A DNA stretch of 63,762 bases, the filler included, from Coriobacteriales bacterium (GTDB lineage: Bacteria > Actinomycetota > Coriobacteriia > Coriobacteriales > UBA8131): NCBI GenBank assembly GCA_031263105.1. It is 6 parts of 6 records of this genome, joined end to end, with 100 filler letters (N's around TTAATTAATTAA, not from the genome) between each part and the next. Parts side by side here need not be neighbours in the genome. Positions count along the whole stretch, not along the records: positions 1 to 19,586 come from JAISGJ010000047.1; positions 19,687 to 41,333 come from JAISGJ010000176.1; 4 more parts are not named here. The stretch is one strand, 5' to 3'. Every line of letters begins with the position of its first letter. Within the stretch, counting starts at the first letter, position 1. Below the pieces are notes generated by a model, which did not search any database, had not been told where the DNA came from, and saw only the letters and a program-made list of their open reading frames with translations. The position numbers and the translations under genes are program-made. This document shows, piece by piece, positions 14,984 through 24,520 of this stretch.

Positions 14984-15412
14984 ATGGCCCAGACGACCAT
15001 AGCACCGCCGCGTGACGCGGCCCTCGACCCCAACGCACCGTCCTCACAGGTGCGCGAGTACCTTGCATCCAGCACCAGCAGGATACAGGTGCAGATATCG
15101 TCGTTCGCCGAGGGCCTGCAGGTGATCCGCGACGTCTCCATCGTGCGCGTGCGCGGCAGGGAGTCGCGCCTGCTCATCATGGAGGACTACATGCCCATCA
15201 TCGGCGAGATCGACGGGGCCATCGACGTCATAGGCAAGGACTTCTACCAGACCTTCGAGCCCATCCAGGGCTTCTTCTGCCACGAGCACAACGTCTTCTT
15301 CCTCCTGCTGCGCGAGCAGCAGATACGCGGCGACGGCAAGCTCCTCATCTCCCGCGACCCCGACGTAGCCGCCGCCGACATCGAAACCGTAGCCGCCTTG
15401 GAGCGTGACTAG
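14984..15412 (+). CDS. atpC: Epsilon-like subunit (N-terminal beta-sandwich only)
   Basis: Directly follows beta. Pattern IQVQISS...VSIVRVRG...LLIMEDYMPII...GFFCHEHNVFFLL parallels the epsilon beta-domain; no obvious C-terminal helical hairpin. Confidence 0.6.
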   Translation: MAQTTIAPPRDAALDPNAPSSQVREYLASSTSRIQVQISSFAEGLQVIRDVSIVRVRGRESRLLIMEDYMPIIGEIDGAIDVIGKDFYQTFEPIQGFFCHEHNVFFLLLREQQIRGDGKLLISRDPDVAAADIETVAALERD

Positions 15413-15520
15413 ATGCCTGCGGCTGCAAACTACCGTCGCGCACTGCGTGCGCTCTCTATGCAGTCGGGCGCTGCCGCGCCCGACAGGCACTCACTGTCTG
15501 CCGCGCCCGACAGGCACTCA

Positions 15521-15702
15521 CTGTCATTCCGAGCGGAGGGGCGAAGCCCCGCAGCCGAGGAATCTTCGACCGCGCCAGCGGTCGACCGTGGCCGAAAGGC
15601 GCTTCTGCCTGCGATCGGCTGCCCCGCAGCCGAGGATTCCTCGGCTGCGGGGCTTCGCCCCGGAGCCTGTCCTGAGCGCAGCCGAAGGACTCGGAATGAC
15701 AG
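15521..15702. repeat. Palindromic MITE/REP-family element
   Basis: Ends CTGTCATTCCGAG...CTCGGAATGACAG with inner GAGGAATC/GATTCCTC arms; immediately after the ATPase operon. Confidence 0.85.
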
Positions 15703-15792
15703 GAATGACAGAAAGGAAGAGCTGCCACAAGCAGCCGAGCAGGCGGACAGATAGACGAACAGACAGACTGCGTTTCAGGAAGAAGGAACGAT

Positions 15793-16380
15793 ATGGCTCC
15801 CCTTGACAACCTGGCATCCAGCAAGGTGCCCGACCATCGATTCAAAGAACTCGCCCAACGCATCGCGGGACTCCGCGACGCCTGTGGCTACTCCCTCGAG
15901 GAATTCGCCGACAAGCTGGGCGTGAGCCGCGAGGCCTATCGCGCCTATGAGGAAACGGGGTTCGACGTCCCGGCAAGCCTGCTCATGCATATTGCCCACG
16001 TCTGCAACGTAGACATGGCCGTCCTTCTCACCGGCGGTTCCACCCATTTGGACACCTATCAGGTCGTGCGTGCAGGCAAGGGGCAGGTCGTCGACCGCTT
16101 CCCGGGCTATCACTTCCAGGACCTCGCCTACGCCTATACCGGCAAGGTCATGCAGCCGCTCCTCGTCACGCTGGATCCCGGCGACGAGGCCGCAGGACTC
16201 GTTGCCCACGCAGGCCAGGAGTTCAACTACGTGACGCAGGGCACGGTGATCCTCGTGTTCGCCGACCGCGAGATCGAGCTGAATGTGGGCGACAGCGTCT
16301 ACTTCAACCCCCAGATCCCGCATGGCCAGCGCTGCGGTTCGGATGGGCCGGCGGTATTCGTGACCATGATCACAGAATGA
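15793..16380 (+). CDS. XRE-family HTH / cupin transcriptional regulator
   Basis: HTH (SLEEFADKLGVSREAYRAYE) plus cupin motifs HAGQEFNYV and GDSVYFNPQIPHG. Confidence 0.9.
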   Translation: MAPLDNLASSKVPDHRFKELAQRIAGLRDACGYSLEEFADKLGVSREAYRAYEETGFDVPASLLMHIAHVCNVDMAVLLTGGSTHLDTYQVVRAGKGQVVDRFPGYHFQDLAYAYTGKVMQPLLVTLDPGDEAAGLVAHAGQEFNYVTQGTVILVFADREIELNVGDSVYFNPQIPHGQRCGSDGPAVFVTMITE

Positions 16381-16437
16381 CCCCCACCACGGCACAGTCC
16401 CGGCACAGCCCCGCCGACCCTCTGCAAAGGAAGTAGC

Positions 16438-18228
16438 ATGAACCATATTCTCAAACAGTATTGCCCTCGCATCGACTTCACGTCCTATGAGGACTTCTTC
16501 GAGAACTTCAGGATAGACGTGCCCGCAGACTTCAACTTCGCCTATGACGTCGTCGACGAGTGGGCGCGCGTCGAGCCGGACAAGAGGGCGCTCGTCTGGT
16601 GCGACGACGCGGACGACGAGCGCATCCTCACATTCACCGACGTCTCGCGGCTTTCTGACCGGCTCGCCAACGCACTGTGGGACATCGGCCTTCGCAAGGG
16701 CGACATCGTCATGGTCGCCCTGCGTCAACGCTGGGAATACTGGGTCACAGCGACGGCGCTCTGCAAGCTAGGGGCGATCGTTATCCCTGCGACGACCCAG
16801 CTCACACAAAAAGACATCGTCTACCGCCTCAACGCCTCCGGCGCCAAAGCCGTCATCGCCCTGGACGACGAGTACGTGCGTGCACAGATGGAGCTCGCCC
16901 TCCCCTCCTGCCCCGAGATCGAGTGGCGGATACTCGTGAACGGAACGCCCGCCGAGGGGGCTGCCGCTGCTGGGGCGCCCGCCGTCGAAGGCTCTGGGGA
17001 GAACATCGGGGGAGACGCCGCCGGAACGTCCGCCGGGGGAAGCGCCCGCCCAGAAACCGACGGCTGGCTCTCCTTCGAGCGGATGCTCGCGGGTGCCTCC
17101 GAGGACTGGACCCGTCCCACGGGCGAGGCGGCAACGCGCAACGACGACATCATGCTCATCTACTTCACTTCCGGCACCACGGGGCCGGCCAAGATGTGCG
17201 AGCACAACTTCGTGCATCCTCTCGGGCACATCATCACCGCAAAGTACTGGCAGCAGGTTCAGGAGAACAGGCTGCATTGCAGCGTGAGCGACAGCGGCTG
17301 GGCGAAGTTCGGCTGGGGCAAGATATACGGCCAGTGGATCGCAGGGGCGACGGTCTTCGCCTATGACGCAATCCGCTTCAACCCGCTTGAGCTGCTCAGG
17401 CGCATCGAACGCTACCAGGTGTGCACCTTCTGCGTGCCGCCGACGATGTACCGCTTCATGCTGCAGGAGGATCTCTCCTCCATCGACCTGAGCAGCGTCG
17501 AGAACTACACGACCGCCGGCGAGCCGCTCAATGCCGACGTCACCAAACGCTGGTACGAGACGACCGGCAAGATGATACGGGAGGGCTTCGGGCAGTCGGA
17601 GGGGCCGGTGCTTCTCGCCACCTTCCCCTGGGTCGAGCCGCGCCCCGGCTCCATGGGCAGGCCCTCGCCCCTGCTCAACATCCAGCTGCTCGATGCCGAG
17701 GGCGCACCCGTCGCGGACGGCGACGAGGGGAGCATCTGCGTCACCCGCCTCAAGGAGGCCTACCCGCCAGGGCTCTTCGTCGGCTACTACCGCAACCCCG
17801 AAGCCACCGAGACGGCCGTCGGCGGCACCCACTACGACCTGCACGACGTCGCCTGGCGCGACCCCGACGGCTACTACACCTTCGTGGGGCGCAACGACGA
17901 CGTCATCAAGTGCTCCGGGTATCGCATCGGACCCTTCGAGGTGGAGAGCGCGCTCGTCGCCCATCCCGCCGTCCTCGAATGCGCCGTCACCGCCGCCCCC
18001 GACGAGGTGCGCGGCAGCGTGGTGAAGGCGAGCATCGTGCTCGCACGCGGCCTCACGCCCTCCGACGCCCTGGCCCACGAGCTCCAGGAGCACGTGAAAA
18101 CCACCACGGCCCCCTACAAGTACCCGCGCATCGTCGAGTTCGTCGACGAACTCCCCAAGACCATCGGCGGCAAAATAAAGCGCGCCCAGATCCGCACCCT
18201 CGACGAAGGCGGCTCCTGGGAGGAGTGA
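16438..18228 (+). CDS. AMP-forming acyl-CoA synthetase
   Basis: YFTSGTTGPAK, EGFGQSE, GRNDDVIKCSGYRIGPFEVES, LPKTIGGKI. Confidence 0.93.
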   Translation: MNHILKQYCPRIDFTSYEDFFENFRIDVPADFNFAYDVVDEWARVEPDKRALVWCDDADDERILTFTDVSRLSDRLANALWDIGLRKGDIVMVALRQRWEYWVTATALCKLGAIVIPATTQLTQKDIVYRLNASGAKAVIALDDEYVRAQMELALPSCPEIEWRILVNGTPAEGAAAAGAPAVEGSGENIGGDAAGTSAGGSARPETDGWLSFERMLAGASEDWTRPTGEAATRNDDIMLIYFTSGTTGPAKMCEHNFVHPLGHIITAKYWQQVQENRLHCSVSDSGWAKFGWGKIYGQWIAGATVFAYDAIRFNPLELLRRIERYQVCTFCVPPTMYRFMLQEDLSSIDLSSVENYTTAGEPLNADVTKRWYETTGKMIREGFGQSEGPVLLATFPWVEPRPGSMGRPSPLLNIQLLDAEGAPVADGDEGSICVTRLKEAYPPGLFVGYYRNPEATETAVGGTHYDLHDVAWRDPDGYYTFVGRNDDVIKCSGYRIGPFEVESALVAHPAVLECAVTAAPDEVRGSVVKASIVLARGLTPSDALAHELQEHVKTTTAPYKYPRIVEFVDELPKTIGGKIKRAQIRTLDEGGSWEE

Positions 18229-18492
18229 GGCGAAGCAGGAGCGAGCAGGTTTGGTTAGGGCATAGGTGCTGCGGCAACGACCATGCCGCGTGGCCGCTGT
18301 CAGGTTACTATCACACCCACTGTCATTCCGAGCCCCGCGAGGAATCTTCAGCGCAAAAACCACCGTCCCCTTTGCGCTGTCTTTGCGCTCATAGTGACGC
18401 CCGCCCTGCTTCGCCGGACGGGCTGCTCGGCGGCTTCGCCGCCGTCAGTTCAGTAGGAGGACACAGCAGGAGGACACAGAGGGACAGACCGA

Positions 18493-18570
18493 CACAGAGG
18501 GACGGTTCTTTTGTGCAGCCGGATTGCCCTCGACTCTCTTTCGGTAGCACAAAAGAACCGTCCCTCTGTG
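18493..18570. repeat. Perfect 24-bp inverted repeat with 30-bp spacer
   Basis: CACAGAGGGACGGTTCTTTTGTGC (18493-18516) / GCACAAAAGAACCGTCCCTCTGTG (18547-18570). Confidence 0.9.
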
Positions 18571-18724
18571 CGTCCACCGAAACCCTGTCAAGGCCGAGAT
18601 CTGCGCGGCAGCGGGAGGCTGCCCGTGGAGCAGCTGTCCCGCCTACCTTGGAAAGGGAGGCGACCTGGTGGAGACCGGCTTCCTGCTCTCCCTCCGAGGA
18701 CGACGACAGGGCGCTTGGGCTGTT

Positions 18725-18979
18725 TCAGGAACTCATGGACGAGTACGGCGACGTATTGCCCATACTATGAGTAGTCGGACCACGCGCTCCTTCGCTGTCG
18801 TCGCTGTAGCCCTTAGCATGCTCATACATTCCAATCGACAGCTTAGGATTTTGTCGATCGTCTTGATCGGCATACGCTGCCGTCGGCACCGACACCATCG
18901 TAACCACCATTGCGATGGCCACTATTGTTGCCACACACAGCTTGAACAGTCGCCTGCTCGTGGTTGATGACACCACCAT
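18725..18979 (-). CDS. Short putative secreted protein or 5' gene remnant
   Basis: Signal-peptide-like N-terminus (SRRLFKLCVATIVAIAMVVTMVSVPTAAYA) followed by only ~47 aa. Confidence 0.35.
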   Translation of the reverse strand: MVVSSTTSRRLFKLCVATIVAIAMVVTMVSVPTAAYADQDDRQNPKLSIGMYEHAKGYSDDSEGARGPTTHSMGNTSPYSSMSS

Positions 18980-19176
18980 AGCTATCACTTCTTTCTTTTG
19001 AACGAGCTTCGGTGACAACCACCGACAGTTTATGTCGATTTCGGCACTGAGGTTTTGCAATGGGGCAGCCATTGTCAAAAAGTGTACCTTCTGACAGTGC
19101 GCTGGTGCTCCTCAGGCAGCGCCTGGCTATATAATGGCAGAGTCGCATTTCCCAAGCCGAGCGAATCGAGGAGACC

Positions 19177-19467
19177 GTGCACAGCATCCCCGAAATCTCA
19201 AAGATCGTATCGCCCGTGGCTCGCTCCTACGGCATCGACCGCCTGTCGGTGTTTGGCTCCTACGCGCGTGGAGAGGCGACGTCTGACAGCGACATCGACT
19301 TCCGCATCGTCGAGGACGGCAGCCTTCGCGGCCTGATCAAGCTGGCCGGGTTTTGCCGTGAGCTGGAAGCCAGCCTTGGAACGCCCGTGGACGTGCTGAC
19401 CAACGACGCCGTCGACGACGGCTTCCTGCGTCGCATCAAGGACGAGGAGGTCATCGTGTATGGGTAA
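19177..19467 (+). CDS. Minimal nucleotidyltransferase (MNT) antitoxin
   Basis: VFGSYARGEATSDSDID motif, 96 aa. Confidence 0.9.
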   Translation: MHSIPEISKIVSPVARSYGIDRLSVFGSYARGEATSDSDIDFRIVEDGSLRGLIKLAGFCRELEASLGTPVDVLTNDAVDDGFLRRIKDEEVIVYG

Positions 19468-19586
19468 CGGCCAAAAGAACACCGAAATCCTCAAAAGGAT
19501 CATAGAGTACTGCAACCGCATCGATGCGACAAAGGCACGGTATGGAAACTCGGTCGAGGCGCTGGAGAATGACTACGACTACACAG
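19460..19586 (+). CDS. HEPN (DUF86-like) toxin, truncated by contig end
   Basis: Overlaps the MNT stop; N-terminal LKRIIEYCNRI pattern typical of HEPN partners; runs into the gap. Confidence 0.6.
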
Positions 19587-19686
19587 NNNNNNNNNNNNNN
19601 NNNNNNNNNNNNNNNNNNNNNNNNNNNNNNTTAATTAATTAANNNNNNNNNNNNNNNNNNNNNNNNNNNNNNNNNNNNNNNNNNNN
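19587..19686. other. Artificial contig linker (others at 41334-41433, 48421-48520, 54245-54344, 60919-61018)
   Basis: Identical 44N-TTAATTAATTAA-44N structure with stops in all six frames. Confidence 0.98.
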
Positions 19687-20156
19687 TTCGACATCCAGGT
19701 GGTGGCCTTCGGGGCCGTGGAGGCGGGGTTCACTATGGCGTAGTACAGGTTCTGGTAGTAGGCGTTCGTGTCCTGGTTGACCGACGTGGCCCAGATCGCG
19801 AGGCCGGCGCCCGCGACGCCGGCCAGCTGGGCGGGCGTCGTGCCCGTGTACTGGTCGGGCGAGGTGATGGGCCCGCCCGTGAAGTCGAAGTTGGTGTTGG
19901 TTATCCCCAGGAAGTCCGGCCCCGCGCTGCCGTCGCGCACGCCGTAGGTCTTCAGCAGCTTGGGGTCGACGGTCTTCGCGGCGGCGGGCGTCGACCAGTG
20001 GGGCACCGAGGGGGCCGCGGACGCCGTCCCCGCGCCCGCGAGGGCGAGCGAGGAGGCGAGGAGGCAGGCCAGCGCCGCCCTCCCGATGCGGCCGGGGGTC
20101 GAGCTCCGTTGCTGCTTCATGCGCCCCTTCGCGCCTGCGCGCTCCTTCGTGCCCAT
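19687..20156 (-). CDS. Secreted protein paralog C (N-terminal part only, cut by contig end)
   Basis: Signal peptide and motifs GVRDGSAGPDFLGI, LAIWAT, NAYYQNLYY shared with 24521..27142 and 30022..32478. Confidence 0.9.
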
Positions 20157-20209
20157 GCGCCCTGCCCCTTCCCGTTGTCTCCGTCCGAGGACAATCGTGC
20201 CGCCTGTCC

Positions 20210-20238
20210 AGTATGGGACTTGCCTCAGGTGAATGCAA
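20210..20238 (-). promoter_or_regulatory. Putative sigma70-type promoter of paralog C (equivalent copies at 27196-27224 and 32532-32560)
   Basis: TTGCAT-N17-CATACT on the minus strand, conserved upstream of all three paralogs while spacer bases vary. Confidence 0.65.
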
Positions 20239-20279
20239 GGGGGGCCCTTTTTGACACGGCGTGCATGTCGGGCGAACAG

Positions 20280-20557
20280 CTACAGTTCACACCCCCACTG
20301 TCATCCCGAGGCTCGCCGAGGGATCCTCGGGTCCGGGAGCCCGGGAAACAGTCCGGCGGACTGGGAAACAGTCCAGTGGGCTGTTTCCGGGCGAAGCTGT
20401 GTATGAGCCCCTGAGCGGGTGAGCCCATGGAACCGGAAGGCCCACGGGACGCGAAGCAGCCGACCGCAGGCCGAAGGGGCTTCCACCGCGACCGGCCGCT
20501 GGCGCGGCCGGGGATCCCTCGGCAGGCTCGGGATGACAGTGGGGTGCGAGCAGTAAC
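20280..20557. repeat. Long MITE/REP-family element
   Basis: Termini TACAGTTCACACCCCCACTGTCATCCCGAG...CTCGGGATGACAGTGGGGTGCGAGCAGTAAC; interior shared in inverse orientation with 57345-57734. Confidence 0.85.
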
Positions 20558-20663
20558 CTCCCGGTCGCCCGCTCGACCGGCTTGTCAATGTTTGTGGGCT
20601 TTCACAAACCAGAAGGCTCTGATACACTGGGTAAGGAACAAGGTAAGGATTCGGAGGCGCAGC

Positions 20664-20930
20664 ATGGCAAGTGCCACGGTCACCAGCAAGGGGCAGGTCA
20701 CCATCCCCGTCGACGTCAGGCGCGACATGGGCATAACCGCCGGCACGCGCCTGGACTTCATCCCGAACGGCGACGGCTCGTACCGGGTCGCCCGTAAGGC
20801 GGGCTCGGTCATGGACATGTTCGGAATGCTCAGGCACGACGGGCCGCCCGTCCCGGTCGAGGAGATGGACGAGGCGATCGCGGCAGCGTTGGCCGAGAGG
20901 CACGATCGAATCTCCCGCGAGCACCTATGA
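20664..20930 (+). CDS. AbrB-family antitoxin (VapB-type)
   Basis: ATG after GGAGG; ATVTSKGQVTIPVDVRR motif. Confidence 0.9.
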   Translation: MASATVTSKGQVTIPVDVRRDMGITAGTRLDFIPNGDGSYRVARKAGSVMDMFGMLRHDGPPVPVEEMDEAIAAALAERHDRISREHL

Positions 20931-21316
20931 TCGGCATAGACACGAACGTCCTTGTCCGGCTGGCAACGGCGGACGACGACGGACAGACCGAAAAGGCCCG
21001 GAGGCTCTACTCCTCGTTGAGCGCCTCCGATCAGGGCTATCTGGGCCTTGTCGCGTTGGCGGAGGCCTACTGGGTCTTGAGATCCGTCTATCAGAAGCCG
21101 AAAGCCGAGATTCTGACGTTTATCGACAGGCTGACCGAGACCAAGGAAGTCGCCATCCAGGATGCCGAGGTCGTCCAGCTTGCCCTTGAGGCCAGCGCAG
21201 GGGGCGCAGACTTCGCCGATGCGCTGATAGCCTGCTCCTGCAAGGCGAAAGGCTGCTCAAGGACCGTCACCTTCGACCAACGCGCCGCAAGGTCATTGGG
21301 CATGGAACTGCTGTGA
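20927..21316 (+). CDS. PIN-domain toxin (VapC-type)
   Basis: IDTNVL, E, DFADALI, TFD motifs; ATGA overlap with the antitoxin. Confidence 0.92.
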   Translation: MIGIDTNVLVRLATADDDGQTEKARRLYSSLSASDQGYLGLVALAEAYWVLRSVYQKPKAEILTFIDRLTETKEVAIQDAEVVQLALEASAGGADFADALIACSCKAKGCSRTVTFDQRAARSLGMELL

Positions 21317-21350
21317 CGGTGCAGGGCAAGGCATGCGAGCCTCGCGCCCT

Positions 21351-21629
21351 TCATTCGTAATGGCCCCACATGCTCAGCACCTTCACGGTGCGCTCCTGCT
21401 CCAATACCTGGTACACCAGCCTGTGCTGTATGTTGATCCGTCGCGACAGGGCACCTCTGAAGTCCCCTGTCAGCCTCTCGTAGTTCGGCGGCGTCTTGTA
21501 CGGATCCTCTTTCAGGAGGGCGACGAGCGACCTCGCCTTTCCGGCGTAGGGGCTTCCCTCTATGCGTGCACGGTCCTTCAGCGCATCCCGCGTCCAGGCG
21601 ATGTCCCAGGCCGGCACGGCCCTCACCAC
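21351..21629 (-). CDS. Txe/YoeB-family toxin
   Basis: PPNYERLTGD, SRRINIQHRLVY, MWGHYE; GTG start overlapping the antitoxin stop (21629 or 21626). Confidence 0.9.
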   Translation of the reverse strand: MVRAVPAWDIAWTRDALKDRARIEGSPYAGKARSLVALLKEDPYKTPPNYERLTGDFRGALSRRINIQHRLVYQVLEQERTVKVLSMWGHYE

Positions 21630-21865
21630 TCGTTGTCCACTGTGCACTCGTCGAGGGGGGTCTCCATCCCGCGCAGCACCTTGTCCCGCATCCCCGGGAC
21701 AGAGGACAGGTAGAGCGTCTCCTGGAGCGCGTTGTAGTCGCTCTCGCTCATGACCACGGCGTTGCCTTCCCTTGTGGTGACGAGCAGGGGGCTCGAGTCC
21801 CTGATGGTCTCTGAGAGCAGCGAGAATATGTCTTTCCTGAACCTTGTGGCGCTGACCGTCGGCAC
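21623..21865 (-). CDS. Phd/YefM-family antitoxin
   Basis: GTG after GGAGG; NAVVMSESDYNALQETLYL motif; GTACAT repeats upstream at ~21889-21906. Confidence 0.9.
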   Translation of the reverse strand: MPTVSATRFRKDIFSLLSETIRDSSPLLVTTREGNAVVMSESDYNALQETLYLSSVPGMRDKVLRGMETPLDECTVDNEW

Positions 21866-22007
21866 GGGCTCCTCCGTTCTCTGTAAGCGTACATCATAGC
21901 GTACATAAATGCGCAGGACAAGGCCTCGCCGCCGCAGGGCAGGACGATGCGATGTAGGCTTTCGTCCACTCCGCGTCTGCCCTCTGGCACGAAAGGTCGT
22001 GAGCACA

Positions 22008-22650
22008 ATGGCGCGTGCGCCCCGCAGGCTGAACTCAACCGGAATCTACCATGTCCTCATCAGGGGCATCAACCGGCAACGGATATTTGAAGACGACGAG
22101 GACTGTCTCCGGTTTCTTGACGACCTGCGTGTCGCCAAGGATCGCTCCGGCACCCACGTGCTCGCATATTGCCTGATGGGAAACCACGCGCACCTCGTCG
22201 TCGGACAGGGCGACGGGACGCCCGGGCGGGCCATGGAGCGCCTGTCCGTGCGCTATGCGGCTCGGCTTAACACGAAATGCGCGCGGGTCGGGCGCCTGTC
22301 TCAGGACAGGTTCAGGAGCGAGACGACCGAGGCGGATCCCTGCCTTGTCGCCGTCTTGCGCCACCTCCACCGAAACCCGGTGAAGGCCGGCCTGTGCGAG
22401 CGTTCGCAGGATTACCGCCGGAGCAGTCGCCGCCTGCCGGGAAAGACGGGCGACCTGATCGACATCGGCAGGCTCGCAGAGCTTTGCGACATCGAAGACC
22501 TTGTGCGAACGGAGGGAGAAGACGCGGACGCCCGCGCCCTCGAAGCGGATGAGGGCCCAAGACGCGGCAAGACCGATGCCGAGGCCGTGCGAGGCATGCG
22601 CAACGCGAGCGGGGCAGACACCTCCTCATGGCAGCCTGTGGTCGCGCTCA
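22008..22650 (+). pseudogene. RAYT/IS200-like Y1 (HUH) transposase, probably inactive; end approximate
   Basis: YHVLIRGINRQ and AYCLMGNHAH are present, but the catalytic YIHxNP reads HLHRNP. The open frame runs on to 22769 inside the convergent gene. Confidence 0.75.
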
Positions 22651-23526
22651 TGAGTCGAACGCGCTCTCGATGCGCGCCAAGTGGGGCCTTGCGGCCTCGC
22701 CCAGGGCTGCGGCCGTCGCCTCGTCCATCAGGTAGCCGTGCCGATACAGCGAAAACGTCGGGGACTTGACCTGGGCATGGAAGTCAACGTCCTCGGTGAT
22801 GACGCTGAACGTGTACTCGTAGTTGCTGTAGATGTCCCGCACGGGCGCCGACCCCGTCGCGTAGCGCTCCTTGACCGCGATCCCTTCCAACAGCTCGATG
22901 AACACGGCCGCCTCTTCGGGGTCGTCCAAGACGTACACCTCCCCAAAGCGGTTGCCGAACTGCACCCCCTGTATCCCATCCGTCAGCAGGACGTCGAAGG
23001 GCCTGTCGCCCGGCTCAAAGACGACCTCGGCAAAACCCGTCATGAGGGCGTTGTTGGCAAAGCGCCTCATCGCAGAGCCGGAAAGGGAGTCGGAGCGGTA
23101 GCTCGCGCCGTCGATGCTCAGGTGCCCGGCGAACGAGAAGACGACGCGTTCTTTCCCGTCCTTCATCCGCAAGGTGTATGCCACCGACTGGCCTGCCATG
23201 CCCTCTGGCGGCTCGCCTTGCTCGTAGGTCCTTGCCTTTTGCAGGATGCCCACCATCTCCGCTATTGCCCCCTCGTCTTCAATGACCTTGCTCCCTCCCG
23301 GCTGCAGCAGGATGTCGACACTTGCCACCTCGTCGGCAGCCAAAGCTGCGAAGGGGGCCTCGCCCTCGGCAGCCAGAACCGCAAAGCCGGCCTCGCCGCC
23401 GCCCAGCATCTTGCACGACGCCAGCAGCAGGGCAGTGCCCACGGCAAGGCAAAGCACTGCCAAGAGAAGATGCTCCCGTGCAACCGACCGCCCCTGCCCA
23501 CCGGGCGCCTTGGGCTTTTGTGCCAT
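22648..23526 (-). CDS. Putative lipoprotein/membrane-anchored protein (second partner of paralog B)
   Basis: Hydrophobic N-terminus ending LLLASC; two loosely similar halves; co-oriented 17 nt after the upstream gene. Confidence 0.7.
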   Translation of the reverse strand: MAQKPKAPGGQGRSVAREHLLLAVLCLAVGTALLLASCKMLGGGEAGFAVLAAEGEAPFAALAADEVASVDILLQPGGSKVIEDEGAIAEMVGILQKARTYEQGEPPEGMAGQSVAYTLRMKDGKERVVFSFAGHLSIDGASYRSDSLSGSAMRRFANNALMTGFAEVVFEPGDRPFDVLLTDGIQGVQFGNRFGEVYVLDDPEEAAVFIELLEGIAVKERYATGSAPVRDIYSNYEYTFSVITEDVDFHAQVKSPTFSLYRHGYLMDEATAAALGEAARPHLARIESAFDS

Positions 23527-23543
23527 GTCTTTTCTCCGCCCTT

Positions 23544-24473
23544 TCACCTTCCCAGCACCTCAAGGCAGTCTATCTTCTCTCTCTTCGCGCTGATCGTCCC
23601 GTCCATGGCGTCGACCGCGCGGTTGTCGACGATGTAGAGGTACAGCCTGCCGGTCTTGAAGACATAGCCGTAGTACTCCGAGTACTCCAGCTGGGTCGTG
23701 CCCGTCCCGTCCGGCCACATCGAGGCCTTCGTGCGCTCGATCGCCTCCCCGCTCGCGGGGCTGGCCTCGAAGTCGGCCCTCTGCTGCCTCGCCTGCCCCA
23801 CCTCGGCGGCGGTGGGGTGGTAGAGACCCGTGATGTTCACGCGCTGGATGTCGCTGCCGTCGATAGTGACGTAGCAGCTCGACGACGTCTTGATGTCGTC
23901 GACGTAAAGCGTCACCCATACATCGCCGTGGTCGGAGACACCGTTCTCGTCCTGATGGGAGACGTGTTCCTCCACCCTGTACCCTTCGGGGTCGAAATCC
24001 GGGTCGGCGCTTCTGATGGCCGCGATTATCGCCGCATACCCGTCCGCGCTCTCGGAGAGGTCGAGCTCCCTGCCCTCGGGGACGCTCCCCAATGCGAACT
24101 CCCCTGATGCCGGGTGGACGCCCGGCAGGTCCAGCAGCGACGGCGGGGGCGCGTCCGGGTCGGCGAGGCCCTCCCCTGCCTCTGCCCGAACCTCCCCTTC
24201 GGCGGCAGGCGGGTCCGGCTGCGGAGGGGCCGCGTCCGGGTCGGCGCTGCCGTCCCCGGCATCGTCCTCGGCGACGGGCGAGACCCTGCCCTCCGGCCCG
24301 TTCGGCGGCACCTTGAGCGGAGCCGTGCTTTTCGGCGGCGCCTCGAGCGGCGCCTTGCTCGTCGGCGGCGCGGGCGCGAAGAAGAGAAACGCCGCCGCTG
24401 CGGCAGCGAGCAGCACGACCAGCCCTGCGATCAGCGCCGCGAGCCCCGCCTTCCGCCTTTTCCTGTCTCCCAT
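23544..24473 (-). CDS. Membrane-anchored protein with Pro-rich linker (first partner of paralog B)
   Basis: ATG after AGGAAGGAG; RKRRK plus TM helix, Pro-rich stalk, acidic globular C-terminus. Confidence 0.8.
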   Translation of the reverse strand: MGDRKRRKAGLAALIAGLVVLLAAAAAAFLFFAPAPPTSKAPLEAPPKSTAPLKVPPNGPEGRVSPVAEDDAGDGSADPDAAPPQPDPPAAEGEVRAEAGEGLADPDAPPPSLLDLPGVHPASGEFALGSVPEGRELDLSESADGYAAIIAAIRSADPDFDPEGYRVEEHVSHQDENGVSDHGDVWVTLYVDDIKTSSSCYVTIDGSDIQRVNITGLYHPTAAEVGQARQQRADFEASPASGEAIERTKASMWPDGTGTTQLEYSEYYGYVFKTGRLYLYIVDNRAVDAMDGTISAKREKIDCLEVLGR

Positions 24474-24520
24474 TCCTGTCGGCTCCTTCCTGCGAGGCCG
24501 TGCCGTGCCCAGCCCTTCGA

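Noticed and set aside
19631..19642. TTAATTAATTAA motif recurring five times
   Set aside because: Always centred in N runs; an artificial contig linker.
19460..20156. Linkage between the ATPase contig and the polymorphic protein array
   Set aside because: Separated by an artificial linker; adjacency is unsupported.
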